DNA of 64,000 nucleotides from Candidatus Woesearchaeota archaeon (GCA_018646625.1 JABGUJ010000003.1:142355-206354); one strand, 5' to 3'. Numbered from the stretch's first letter, positions 9,293-18,856 are shown. Notes: generated from the letters alone by a model not told the origin. Translations and numbers: made by a program.

Positions 9293-10300
9293 ATGAAAAA
9301 ATCAAGTTTACCAAAAGAATACAAAACAGAATTAGGTTATCTAGAGACGCACAAAGCAATCAAACTTGCCAAAGATACATTTGAAAAAAAGCTAGCTGAA
9401 AAGCTAAGCCTGCATAGAGTATCCGCACCAAGATTTATTAGAACCGATAAAGGATTGCAAGATGATCTAGCAGGAACTCAAGTTCCAGTAGGTTTTGACA
9501 TAAAACATACAAAAGAAAGAGTCGAAGTAGTCCATAGTTTAGCAAAATGGAAAAGACACACATTAGGAAGGCACAAGTTCAAACATGGATCTGGAATCTA
9601 CACAGACATGGATGCAATTAGAAAAGATGAAGAACTAAGTCCAATACACAGCATCTACGTAGATCAGTGGGATTGGGAAAGAGTAATTGACAAAAAAGAA
9701 AGACATAGAGAGTTTCTAAAAAGTACAGTAAAGAAAATTTACAAAGCACTATTAGAAACAGAAGAAATCGTATCCACAGAATTTCCAAAATTAGAAAAAA
9801 GATTACCAAAGGACATCAAGTTCCTCCACACAGAAGAGCTTGAAGAACTCTACCCAGAATTAACCCCTAAAGAAAGAGAATATGAAGCTGCAAAAGAACA
9901 CAAAGCATTATTTTTAATAGGAATTGGTCACGCACTAAAATGCGGAGAACCTCACGACTTAAGAGCAGCTGACTATGACGACTGGCACCTATGCGGAGAT
10001 ATAATTGTATGGGACGATACAAGAAAAAAAGAAATAGAATTATCATCAATGGGAATAAGAGTTGATAAAGACGCATTGATTAAACAGCTAGAACTTGTAG
10101 GCCTGGGAGAAAGAAAAGAACTAGAATTCCATAAAGGAATACTAGAAGAAACAACACCACTAACTATAGGAGGAGGAATAGGACAATCAAGGCTATGCAT
10201 GTTATTACTCCATAAAGCCCACATTGGAGAAGTACATTCAAGCGTATGGCCAAAAGAGGTTGAGAAAGAATTTGAAGAAAAAGGAGTAGTAATGCTCTAG
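9293..10300 (+). CDS. asnA: aspartate--ammonia ligase (asparagine synthetase A)
   Basis: VVHSLAKWKRHTLGRHKF and SPIHSIYVDQWDWERVI match conserved AsnA blocks. ATG at 9293 with SD is preferred over the track's TTG at 9278. Confidence 0.85.
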   Translation: MKKSSLPKEYKTELGYLETHKAIKLAKDTFEKKLAEKLSLHRVSAPRFIRTDKGLQDDLAGTQVPVGFDIKHTKERVEVVHSLAKWKRHTLGRHKFKHGSGIYTDMDAIRKDEELSPIHSIYVDQWDWERVIDKKERHREFLKSTVKKIYKALLETEEIVSTEFPKLEKRLPKDIKFLHTEELEELYPELTPKEREYEAAKEHKALFLIGIGHALKCGEPHDLRAADYDDWHLCGDIIVWDDTRKKEIELSSMGIRVDKDALIKQLELVGLGERKELEFHKGILEETTPLTIGGGIGQSRLCMLLLHKAHIGEVHSSVWPKEVEKEFEEKGVVML

Positions 10301-11169
10301 ATTACTATTAGGAAAGCACCTGCAACCATTATCAAACATGCGACGGCTTTCCTAAACAAATTCTTTTCATGAAATAACTCACCACCTATTATCGTAACAA
10401 ACAGCGCAGCCATTCTCTTTATTGCAACAACCAATCCAACATAAGCCATACTAACTGCAACAATCTGAGATAATCTATAAGCAACAGTAAACACAGAAAC
10501 AAGTAATATCCACCAACCATACGTCTTAAGACCTGTCTTCACACCCTTGAGACCATCATGAAACAAAGTCATCATAATGATAAAATGAATAGACAAGAAA
10601 ATATGCACAAAGACAATATACGCTAAAGGATCCATTTCATACCTGACCATAATATATCTATCAACCAAACTACAGACCGCATAAAACAACAAAGCCAATA
10701 AAATGTAATGAATATATTTTGATTTCTTAAACTGCCTTATCGGCTCAAAAAGATCATGATGTCTTTTAGTTTCTAAAACATAAGAACCAACAATCAACAA
10801 AGATATCCCACCAATTTGCAAACCAGTTAATGCCTCACCCAAGAAAATGAAAGCAAACAAAGCAGTTATACCCGGTCCAATAACTAAAAGAGGAGAAGAC
10901 GTGCTCAACTCCATATGTCTAGTACTCTTTGCAACAAGCAAAAAAGCCACAGAACCTAGAATCGCACCAAAAAATAATATAACTAAAGCCTCAAAATGAA
11001 TTGCACTGTAATCAATCACCAACAAAAAAGGTAACGAAACAAGCAGATTTACCACAGCCAAAGTTGCAGAAAACTCCATAGCGTGCGCTTTCAACAAAGT
11101 TTTCTTCTGAATCAACGCAGAACCTGCTGTCAATAAAGCAGTAAGTAAAGCAAATATTAACCAACTCAT
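10297..11169 (-). CDS. EamA/DMT-family (drug/metabolite) transporter, 10 TM
   Basis: 290 aa with two EamA-like halves and hydrophobic helices throughout. Confidence 0.7.
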   Translation of the reverse strand: MSWLIFALLTALLTAGSALIQKKTLLKAHAMEFSATLAVVNLLVSLPFLLVIDYSAIHFEALVILFFGAILGSVAFLLVAKSTRHMELSTSSPLLVIGPGITALFAFIFLGEALTGLQIGGISLLIVGSYVLETKRHHDLFEPIRQFKKSKYIHYILLALLFYAVCSLVDRYIMVRYEMDPLAYIVFVHIFLSIHFIIMMTLFHDGLKGVKTGLKTYGWWILLVSVFTVAYRLSQIVAVSMAYVGLVVAIKRMAALFVTIIGGELFHEKNLFRKAVACLIMVAGAFLIVI

Positions 11170-11194
11170 ACATATTATCGAGAAAAAGTACTAT

Positions 11195-12310
11195 TTAATC
11201 CTTTTCATCCAAAACTAGTTCAACAACCGCCTCACTATGAGGCGTCTGAGGAAACAAATCAAACATAGCAGCACTCTCTACTTTATGCTTAAAGAACTTA
11301 TCTAACTCCTTAGCCAACTGAGCAACATTGCAAGAAACATAAATTATAACCTTGGGATTCAACTCATTCAATTGTGCAATAGTTTTCAAATGCATCCCGC
11401 ATCTAGGCGGATCAGTAATAACAAACAAAGGAGAAGGAACATCCAACTTACGCAGATTCTTCGCATCCATCACAACAGCAGAGCCATTAGTAATGTTATT
11501 CTCCTTAAGATTAATTTCAGCAGCATCAATACATTCTTTAACACTTTCTACAACAGTAACACCATTAAACAAGTCAGCATTCAACACACCAAAAGAACCC
11601 ACACCACCATAAAGATCAAGTAAATGTACGTTAGAAGTATCATATTTAGCAAGCAAATCATAAACATATTTTTTCATATTCTCAGCCATTTTATGATTAT
11701 TCTGAAAAAAGCCCTGCACAGAATAAACAAACTCTTTACCCAAATAATTCTCATGCAACATATCCTTACCTTTAACAACATAAAACTCTCCAGAAACACT
11801 AACATCAGTTTTTGAAGACACATAAGTTACCACAACATTGTTCACCGAACTTTTCTTTGCAAACTCCTCTATCTTCTCAGTAGCTTCAGTAATTCTTGAA
11901 GAATCTTCATTCAAAACAAAAGAGATTGAAGAATCATTCTGCGGAGTTCGTATAACAGCATACTTAAACGTACCCGAATGTTTTCTAACATCAAATGCGT
12001 CAACATCTGTAAAGAAGTCTCTAACTTCCTTTAACAAAACATTCAATTCAGCATTCGCTATCGCACAAGTTTCAACATCAACTATCCTATCCCATTTACC
12101 TCTTTGCCTTAATCCAACCCCAGTTTTATGAAAAACAAAATCCATTCTATTTCTATAGGCATACTCAGTACCAGAAAATGCCTTAACATCTTCAAAGTCT
12201 ATAGCTTGCACTAACTGTTTCTTTTTGTTTTCCAACTGGTCCGCATAATCCACATGCTGAGCAGTACATCCGCCGCATCTACCAAAATAAGGACATCTAC
12301 CTTTAACCAT
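11195..12310 (-). CDS. RNA (uracil-5-)-methyltransferase, TrmA/RlmD (RumA-like) family with N-terminal 4Fe-4S Cys cluster
   Basis: CPYFGRCGGC cluster motif, DPPRCG (motif IV) and catalytic YVSCN nucleophile motif. Start taken at the internal MVKGR, which removes the overlap with the racemase gene. Confidence 0.8.
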   Translation of the reverse strand: MVKGRCPYFGRCGGCTAQHVDYADQLENKKKQLVQAIDFEDVKAFSGTEYAYRNRMDFVFHKTGVGLRQRGKWDRIVDVETCAIANAELNVLLKEVRDFFTDVDAFDVRKHSGTFKYAVIRTPQNDSSISFVLNEDSSRITEATEKIEEFAKKSSVNNVVVTYVSSKTDVSVSGEFYVVKGKDMLHENYLGKEFVYSVQGFFQNNHKMAENMKKYVYDLLAKYDTSNVHLLDLYGGVGSFGVLNADLFNGVTVVESVKECIDAAEINLKENNITNGSAVVMDAKNLRKLDVPSPLFVITDPPRCGMHLKTIAQLNELNPKVIIYVSCNVAQLAKELDKFFKHKVESAAMFDLFPQTPHSEAVVELVLDEKD

Positions 12311-12329
12311 AAAGCAAGAATCCAACAAA

Positions 12330-13001
12330 TCATTTAATAATCTTGCTAATAACCGCCTCCACCAAGACATCTACTGTATTGATTGTCGGAATATTCGTAT
12401 TGTCAAGCATTAAAGCCAGCTCAGTGCACCCCAAGATCACAGTAGACGCACCATCCGCCAAATACTTTTCACAGATATTCTTCACAACACCAGTCTGTCC
12501 ATCCTTATCGCTAGCCATATTAAAATTAAACACAGCATCCGACAACAGTTTCAATTCAGAGTCCGAAGGAACAAAACCAACAATATCATCAAAAGCATAC
12601 AAACCTTTACGAACTGTCTGTGGTGTTCCAATTATCAAAGTTGATTTTATATTTTTCCCATCTAACTGTTGCTTAAGAAACAATCTCAGATCTACAATCG
12701 GAGTACTAACCAAAGATTGAAGTTCATCTCGAAACAAATGTATAGTATTGCAAATCATAACAATAAAATCAACCCCAATCTTATCTAGTTCCTTGACTCC
12801 ATCACAATACATCGCAAGATCATCACTACTAATCTCATCACGTATCAACTCAGGCGCAGGCACACTATTAATAAAGAGCTGCGGAAAATCCGCATTACTC
12901 TTAACATAACCTCGTTTCTGAAGACGATCAATAAGCTTAGAATAAAATTCACTTGTCGCTTCAGGACCTATACCACCTAAAACACCAACGCGTTTAATCA
13001 T
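12330..13001 (-). CDS. aspartate racemase (Asp/Glu/hydantoin racemase family)
   Basis: MIKRVGVLGGIGPEATSEFY N-terminus and paired catalytic Cys regions (MICNTIH, ILGCTEL). Confidence 0.8.
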   Translation of the reverse strand: MIKRVGVLGGIGPEATSEFYSKLIDRLQKRGYVKSNADFPQLFINSVPAPELIRDEISSDDLAMYCDGVKELDKIGVDFIVMICNTIHLFRDELQSLVSTPIVDLRLFLKQQLDGKNIKSTLIIGTPQTVRKGLYAFDDIVGFVPSDSELKLLSDAVFNFNMASDKDGQTGVVKNICEKYLADGASTVILGCTELALMLDNTNIPTINTVDVLVEAVISKIIK

Positions 13002-13803
13002 CTTGCATCACCCCCTTATAGGGTTCAACAATGTTCTGCATAACCAAACGAACTGTTGCTTTCTTTAGTTTTTTACCAATCAAGCCATCAATCTCATCAT
13101 CTTCCAGATAATCTTGACCCAACCTCTTTCCCGCAACAGATGCAACTTTAGCATAAGCTCTCAACGCTTGAATAGGCCCTTGATACAATTTATCTCGAGT
13201 TCTACGCGGATGATCACTCAACAACAATCGAACACCGCCAGCAGTATTAGAAGGCAAGTAATGTACAACCGGCTCCACATACTGCGTTCCAAATGCAAAC
13301 GCATCCATCAAGTAACCAAAATCGACACCAATAGCCAACTCACGCATCACTTCATCATATGCACGCTCCTTATTAGGACCTAGCTTAATTTGTATATCAA
13401 AATTGTCGCACAAATAATCCACACAAGTTATTTCATTTATAGCATACTTTAGAGCATCAGGACTATCCCTAAAGCGTTCAGGCACAGTTAATCTTAGCTT
13501 CTCCGCCAAATCCGAACCAAAAACTGCTCGCTCATTCTCCACACGCATTCCAGCATATTCGGATCCTCGCATAAAATCTGAACTCACCAAAATATTAGCG
13601 CGCACACCATAGATATCCATCAATGCAAAAAGCACAGACTTAGTCTTCTCAACACCCTCAACAACATCTCTCTCAGATTCACCATTAAAACGCAGAAACT
13701 CATCAACAAGCAACAAATGATAAGAACTAAATTCTTGACCCGCAAGTAAAATAGTTACAAAGTCTAAAGGTACACGATTACTCTCAAACCCCATACCCAA
13801 CAT
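12994..13803 (-). CDS. hypothetical protein (compositionally atypical, Ala/Arg/Gly-rich)
   Basis: 269-aa ORF overlapping the racemase gene by 8 nt, indicating an operon. It is visibly GC-richer than its neighbours. Confidence 0.5.
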   Translation of the reverse strand: MLGMGFESNRVPLDFVTILLAGQEFSSYHLLLVDEFLRFNGESERDVVEGVEKTKSVLFALMDIYGVRANILVSSDFMRGSEYAGMRVENERAVFGSDLAEKLRLTVPERFRDSPDALKYAINEITCVDYLCDNFDIQIKLGPNKERAYDEVMRELAIGVDFGYLMDAFAFGTQYVEPVVHYLPSNTAGGVRLLLSDHPRRTRDKLYQGPIQALRAYAKVASVAGKRLGQDYLEDDEIDGLIGKKLKKATVRLVMQNIVEPYKGVMQDD

Positions 13804-13932
13804 ACCTACTTTCCCAGTAAGATCAGCAGTCGCTTCTTCAACTAAACCGCCACGCTAACTGAGTTCTCCCAGCCACTTTAGTTTCCAAACTAACTTCTTT
13901 ATTCATTTTTCTTTCCTCCTCCAAATAACGGA

Positions 13933-14006
13933 TGGGGTTGCCGAGATTCGAACTCGGAGCCTTCGGTCTGGAGCCGAACATTTTAGCCAGGTTAAACTAC
14001 AACCCC
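13933..14006 (-). tRNA. tRNA-Trp (anticodon CCA), intron-less, no encoded 3' CCA
   Basis: Hand-folded cloverleaf. Acceptor GGGGTTG/CAACCCC. Anticodon stem TTCGG/CCGAA with loop CTCCAGA. T-arm CCGAG-TTCGAAT-CTCGG. GC-rich stems within AT-rich DNA. Confidence 0.8.
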
Positions 14007-14249
14007 AAAAACAAATACTACAATCCATAGAATAACAGGGCTAACGCCAACAACCAGTTGAACATCTAAACATATTTACATCTAAGAAAAAGGATTTACA
14101 CACGCCACGCATAATCACTTTGTATCATTGTAAATGAGCATACGCGCAACTAATATTTATAACTTTGGTTTTTCAAACAAAGAAATTCAATACAACGACG
14201 ATAAAATCCGGACAAAAGATTTATAAAAACTAACAAGATAGTAAAGAGA

Positions 14250-14630
14250 ATGAAAACGCAACTACATCACTTCGCATACACAATCCAACCAAACACACTA
14301 GAAACAGTAATAAAACTTCTAGAAAAACTAGGTTGCAAAGTATCATACAGAAAAGGACAAGAAAGATGGTGTATGATTTCTCAAGACAAGAACATCATCC
14401 AATTAATTGAAACAGAAGACACACCCATAAACATAGAAACAAAAACTAACACACACATAGCATTCATTTCGCAAACACCACAAGAAGACATTGAAAAAAT
14501 AAAACAATGGGCAAAAGAAAATAACATAGAATTTAGACAAGGCGAATGGTACGAAGGAGCATACTGGTTTGACTTACCAAAAATGTTCTCAAACTTCGTA
14601 ATAGAAATAATGGATACTAAATTACTCTAA
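14250..14630 (+). CDS. VOC (glyoxalase/bleomycin-resistance-like) superfamily protein
   Basis: HHFAYTI...HIAF pattern at metal-ligand-like positions in a 126-aa protein. Confidence 0.4.
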   Translation: MKTQLHHFAYTIQPNTLETVIKLLEKLGCKVSYRKGQERWCMISQDKNIIQLIETEDTPINIETKTNTHIAFISQTPQEDIEKIKQWAKENNIEFRQGEWYEGAYWFDLPKMFSNFVIEIMDTKLL

Positions 14631-15248
14631 ATCATCTAACTTTTTTTTCAACAAACCAATCTTTTTCTTCACTCGAGTTAGGTCAGTTTTAGGATGAGAC
14701 TTAGCACCTTCAAGAACATCTAAATGCAACTCAAGTTTCTTGATCCTCTTAGACAGCTCTTCAACTTCTTCAGCCTCTTCACCAACAGTTTTCCTAATCT
14801 TTTTCTCAAGAGCAATAATGCGTTTACCCATTCCAGCCTTCAATAAAGCATCAAGACGTTCCACACATTCAGAAACTTCACCAATCTTATGATCTCTCTC
14901 CCCAATAACACTTTCAAAATGATCTCTAAATTGAGAAAAGCGTTTATCAACATGAGAAATCTCTTTTTTTATAGTTAACAAAACTTTATCTTCTTCCACT
15001 TGATGTTGTTTCATCTCAGTTTCATCTTTCAAAGCGGTATCGATTTTTTTCCGCAATTCGTCCAACTCAGACACAACCGCGGTTTTAACCAATTTATTAG
15101 AATAAGGAAGACCCTTCACCTTCTTAATATGTTTTTCAACAGGTGCACTCTTTTTTCTTCGCGTATCAGCTTTCTTCTGAGCTTTAGCTAAAGCAGAAAG
15201 AAAACAACGAAACTTTGCAGAATCCAAAGAAGGATCACTTAACGCCAT
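14622..15248 (-). CDS. coiled-coil protein, Lys/Glu-rich
   Basis: Heptad-rich and highly charged 208-aa ORF lying 5 nt downstream of the Pro-rich protein gene. Confidence 0.5.
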   Translation of the reverse strand: MALSDPSLDSAKFRCFLSALAKAQKKADTRRKKSAPVEKHIKKVKGLPYSNKLVKTAVVSELDELRKKIDTALKDETEMKQHQVEEDKVLLTIKKEISHVDKRFSQFRDHFESVIGERDHKIGEVSECVERLDALLKAGMGKRIIALEKKIRKTVGEEAEEVEELSKRIKKLELHLDVLEGAKSHPKTDLTRVKKKIGLLKKKLDDLE

Positions 15249-15253
15249 ACTAT

Positions 15254-15946
15254 TTACCCAAACAATCCTTTCTTAGGTGGTGGCGGTGGTGGCGGCCCTA
15301 ACGGCGGCATACCTGGTGGAGCACCTGGTCCTCCTGTCGGAGGTGGAGGCATAGGCGGCGGTCCCGGAGGGGGAGCACCCATTCCTGGTGGCGGCGCACC
15401 AAATCCATCATCCGCACCTAGCGGAGGCAGTCCACCCATATCTCCCGGAGGAGGTGGCATTGGCGGAGGTCCACCCGGAGGCGGAGCACCAAAACCTGGT
15501 GGCGGCATTCCCGGTCCACTTGGAGGTGGAGGCGGCATACCTGGCGGCGGAAGAGGTGCAGGCGGAGGTGCAGAAGTTGTTGTAGTTTCTTCTGTTTCCT
15601 CTTCTTCTTTCGAAGAACCTTCTCTTACTAAATCAGCCACAGCCACAATACCTTTTGCAATCTTTTTATTTTGATCAACAACAGCATCTAATTTTTCAAT
15701 CACTTGCTTCAACATCGGTTTCAAATCACCAGATGACGCAGCAGGTGCCTCAGTCTTCATAGTTTTAGCTGCTTCCTTAAACAAATCCAACATAGAATTA
15801 ATTGATAAGTTCAAAGCATTCACACTGTTCAACAAATCGTGACCAGAAGCAGTTCCCGCAAGTGGATTTTTTCTCAAAGCCTCTACTTGCTCTTTCAGCC
15901 TCTCAACCTCTTGTTGAGGTACAAGAGCATAATCATCATCCTTCAT
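15254..15946 (-). CDS. coiled-coil protein with a roughly 100-aa Pro/Gly/Met-rich C-terminal tail
   Basis: N-terminal helical region followed by PPPGMPPPPPSGPGMPPPGFGAPPPGGPPPMPPPP... and ending ...PPPPPPPKKGLFG. Confidence 0.6.
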   Translation of the reverse strand: MKDDDYALVPQQEVERLKEQVEALRKNPLAGTASGHDLLNSVNALNLSINSMLDLFKEAAKTMKTEAPAASSGDLKPMLKQVIEKLDAVVDQNKKIAKGIVAVADLVREGSSKEEEETEETTTTSAPPPAPLPPPGMPPPPPSGPGMPPPGFGAPPPGGPPPMPPPPGDMGGLPPLGADDGFGAPPPGMGAPPPGPPPMPPPPTGGPGAPPGMPPLGPPPPPPPKKGLFG

Positions 15947-16106
15947 ATTATGCCACCTCTTTTTTATAATAAGGACTAGTAATACTAAAAAATCAAGTCT
16001 CGGCCCTATTTAAAGGTTTCTGTCAAAAGCAAATTTAAGAGCTTCTCAGAGCTAGTTGTAAAACAAATAGAAAGATTATTTAAACATAATCAAAGAATAA
16101 AAAAAT

Positions 16107-17312
16107 GTGAAGAGAAACAACATCACATCAACAGATCTAAAGAGATTACTAATTTCACATAATCTTCTAGTAGCAGGCAGAGTATTCTTTGAAATATTCA
16201 TCAACGTATTCATCTGGAAACAAACAGAAAACCTAAATCTTGTCGCATGGTTTAACATAGCATACCTTCTGATGCATACAGTATCATTCCACGCATTTGC
16301 AGGATTTGTAAAAAAAGGAAGAGTACATTTACCAAGACAAGCTGGATTAATTGGTTTTGCAGTTGTTTATTTCATAATCTATTTGTTGAAAGAAGAAGCA
16401 ATAAAATACATAATACCTATCGCAATATTAATTGGAATATGTAATGGAATGTATTGGATAAGTTATCAGATTCTAAGATTCGATCTGACAAACACCAAAA
16501 ACAGAGGCAATTATACAGGATTAGAAAATGGCACAAAGATTTTTGTGAACATCATCATGCCCTCATTAGGAGGAGCAATAGTAGTAGCTAACTGGTACAA
16601 CTGGGGATACTCAAGTTTATTTTTGCTGGGCGCAATATTGTTCTTGTGTTCATTCATAATAGGAAACGTAAAATTCAAAGTTAACAACACACCTCATTTT
16701 CATATCAGAAAAACATTTGCAATAATAATCAAAGACAAAGACATAATGAAGTCTATGTGGGGTCACGCATGCAGCAGTTTCAGTCGAGGAGGAACTATCG
16801 CAAGATTATTAATCCCCTTGTTAATTTATGACGTTCTTAAAAACGAATTCCACATGGGGGGTTGGCTTTCCGTGTTTTCAGTAATCGCAATCATCAGTTC
16901 AATCTCGTTTGGTAAACTAATTGATTACAAACATTATAAATTCTTACTAATCATAGGAGGACTGTCATACTTCCTGCTAATAATGTCAGTAATTACATTC
17001 CCAACATTCCTAACATACATATTATTCGGAATCTTAATTAAAATCGTAGACATATTGATCAGAGTTCCAAAACGAGTTATAAGTGAAAACTTGATTCTTT
17101 CTCTAAAGAAATTTAAGAACCACAGAATAGAATACATAGTAATAAGAGAATGGTTCAACATAGGTATTGGAAGAATCATGAGCTTTGTGGTATTACTAAC
17201 CGCAACAAACCTGGTAATGGAACAAATGAGAATTGCAATAGCAATCATGGCTTTTGCGGTCTTAGTAGAAATTGTACTTCTGACATCCATAAAGAAAGAA
17301 GTGCTGAATTAA
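16107..17312 (+). CDS. polytopic membrane protein, MFS-like transporter fold likely
   Basis: About 10-12 predicted hydrophobic helices in 401 aa. Confidence 0.5.
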   Translation: MKRNNITSTDLKRLLISHNLLVAGRVFFEIFINVFIWKQTENLNLVAWFNIAYLLMHTVSFHAFAGFVKKGRVHLPRQAGLIGFAVVYFIIYLLKEEAIKYIIPIAILIGICNGMYWISYQILRFDLTNTKNRGNYTGLENGTKIFVNIIMPSLGGAIVVANWYNWGYSSLFLLGAILFLCSFIIGNVKFKVNNTPHFHIRKTFAIIIKDKDIMKSMWGHACSSFSRGGTIARLLIPLLIYDVLKNEFHMGGWLSVFSVIAIISSISFGKLIDYKHYKFLLIIGGLSYFLLIMSVITFPTFLTYILFGILIKIVDILIRVPKRVISENLILSLKKFKNHRIEYIVIREWFNIGIGRIMSFVVLLTATNLVMEQMRIAIAIMAFAVLVEIVLLTSIKKEVLN

Positions 17313-17338
17313 AGAGGTACATCAAATGGAAAACAAGA
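17308..17338 (+). repeat. 31-nt exact direct repeat copy 1 (translation-initiation region, attaaagaggtacatcaaatggaaaacaaga)
   Basis: Identical 31-mer at 18561..18591. Both copies contain an SD-like aagagg and an ATG encoding MENK. Confidence 0.8.
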
Positions 17339-18537
17339 TAATCTTAATTTTGACATTAGCATTAATCCTCACACTGGTTGGCTGCAAACAGATTGAAGAA
17401 CAAAAAAGTGAAAATATAATAGAAACCCCAATACCAGAAATAAACAAAACCATACCTGAAAGAATACAAGAACCACTAATTAAAGAAGAAACAAAAGCAG
17501 AAGAAATAATTTCTAAAGCAACCACAATAAAAGAAATTCCTACAGAGATCGAAAACAACTGTATAGGTTTTCTGAGTGGAGATCCTGAAGAAACCATGAG
17601 AATTTCATCAACAGGAGGAGCATGGGTAAGACCACACATAGGAGCATTTGTATGGGGTTACATAGAAGAAAGAGGGTATTCAGAAACTGACAAGTGGGTA
17701 AAAGAATCACAAAAAAACAATGTCGCTATGCTGGCCACATTATGGCCTTATTATAATAAAGATCAAGAAACATGTCACAATAATTGCGATGTATCTAAAA
17801 AGGACGTCTTCTACCCGATGGATGGCCACGGATTACCAAGTTCAAGATGCGCCCCATGTAATTACGAAGATTACAAAACATTTCTTAAAGCACTTATCGA
17901 AAGATATGATGGAGATGGCATAAATGACATGCCAGATCTAGTAATACCAATCAAATACTGGGAAATCATGAATGAACCAGAAATGCAGAGTTCATCCTTA
18001 ACATTCTTCAAAGGAACACCAGAAGATTACATTGAAATTTTAAAAGTAAGTAAAGAAGTTATTAAAGAAGAATGTCCTACTTGCTTTATTGTACAAGGAG
18101 GGGCTGCCGGAAGCAGAGAGACACTCACATATTGGAGAAACATATTCGAATTAGGTGGAGATGCTTATTTTGATATTGCAAATAACCATTTTGTAAATCA
18201 TGGCGACCTAGAAACATTAAATGTACGAGAATACAAATCATTAATGGATGAATACAATATAGACAAACCACTATGGATCACCGAAGTCTCGTTTCGTCCC
18301 GAAAATCCGGTTGAAGTTGTTCAAGGTGCTTTAAATGCGGGGGCCTCAAGAATATTCTTTTCACAATTCCCTATAAGCGGCAAAGAATGGATAACCGATG
18401 AGAAACCACCAGTAATAGAGCACAAAGGGAAAAAAGAAAATGGAATTGATTATCAACATAAAAAAAATTTTGGAACAAAGAAACTTCCTGAAGAAGATCT
18501 CATAATATACAAAAAAATTATAGAACTATGCAAATAG
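17326..18537 (+). CDS. secreted lipoprotein, glycoside hydrolase family 5-like TIM-barrel
   Basis: Lipobox LTLVGCKQ. WEIMNEPE carries the GH5 'NEP' acid/base signature and WITEVSF the nucleophile-type 'TE' motif. Confidence 0.5.
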   Translation: MENKIILILTLALILTLVGCKQIEEQKSENIIETPIPEINKTIPERIQEPLIKEETKAEEIISKATTIKEIPTEIENNCIGFLSGDPEETMRISSTGGAWVRPHIGAFVWGYIEERGYSETDKWVKESQKNNVAMLATLWPYYNKDQETCHNNCDVSKKDVFYPMDGHGLPSSRCAPCNYEDYKTFLKALIERYDGDGINDMPDLVIPIKYWEIMNEPEMQSSSLTFFKGTPEDYIEILKVSKEVIKEECPTCFIVQGGAAGSRETLTYWRNIFELGGDAYFDIANNHFVNHGDLETLNVREYKSLMDEYNIDKPLWITEVSFRPENPVEVVQGALNAGASRIFFSQFPISGKEWITDEKPPVIEHKGKKENGIDYQHKKNFGTKKLPEEDLIIYKKIIELCK

Positions 18538-18560
18538 ACATCCGATAACAAAAAAATCAA

Positions 18561-18591
18561 ATTAAAGAGGTACATCAAATGGAAAACAAGA
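18561..18591 (+). repeat. 31-nt exact direct repeat copy 2
   Basis: Identical to 17308..17338. Confidence 0.8.
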
Positions 18592-18854
18592 AAGAGTTCA
18601 CCACAGAAGAAGCAAAAGAGATTGGAGAAAAACTAGATATAAAATGGGATAGATTTAATGTTGAACAATTCAAAAAAGGAATGAACGTTGAATTAGAACA
18701 CGGAAACATAGACACAGATACTAACGTATCCAATGATGATCCTCTAACAACTGGAAAAATTGCCTTAGCGCATCTTAACGAATTTCCAGACTACTACGAC
18801 AGATTAGAAAAAATGGAAGAAGAAGCAGAAGAATACTGGGATAAAAAAGAATAA
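18579..18854 (+). CDS. small acidic hypothetical protein
   Basis: 91 aa. Shares its start region (MENK) with the upstream gene via the 31-nt repeat. Confidence 0.45.
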   Translation: MENKKEFTTEEAKEIGEKLDIKWDRFNVEQFKKGMNVELEHGNIDTDTNVSNDDPLTTGKIALAHLNEFPDYYDRLEKMEEEAEEYWDKKE

Positions 18855-18856
18855 TC

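Noticed and set aside
11352-12131. Several 60-97-aa plus-strand ORFs inside the RNA m5U methyltransferase gene
   Set aside because: These are antisense to a gene with strong catalytic motifs (DPPRCG, SCN). Their translations are Ile/Asn/Phe-rich low-complexity sequence typical of AT-rich antisense frames.
15388-15585. 65-aa plus-strand ORF (MAAHQIHHPHLAEA...) within the Pro-rich gene
   Set aside because: It is the antisense reading of GC-rich proline codons (GGN-rich), with no independent support.
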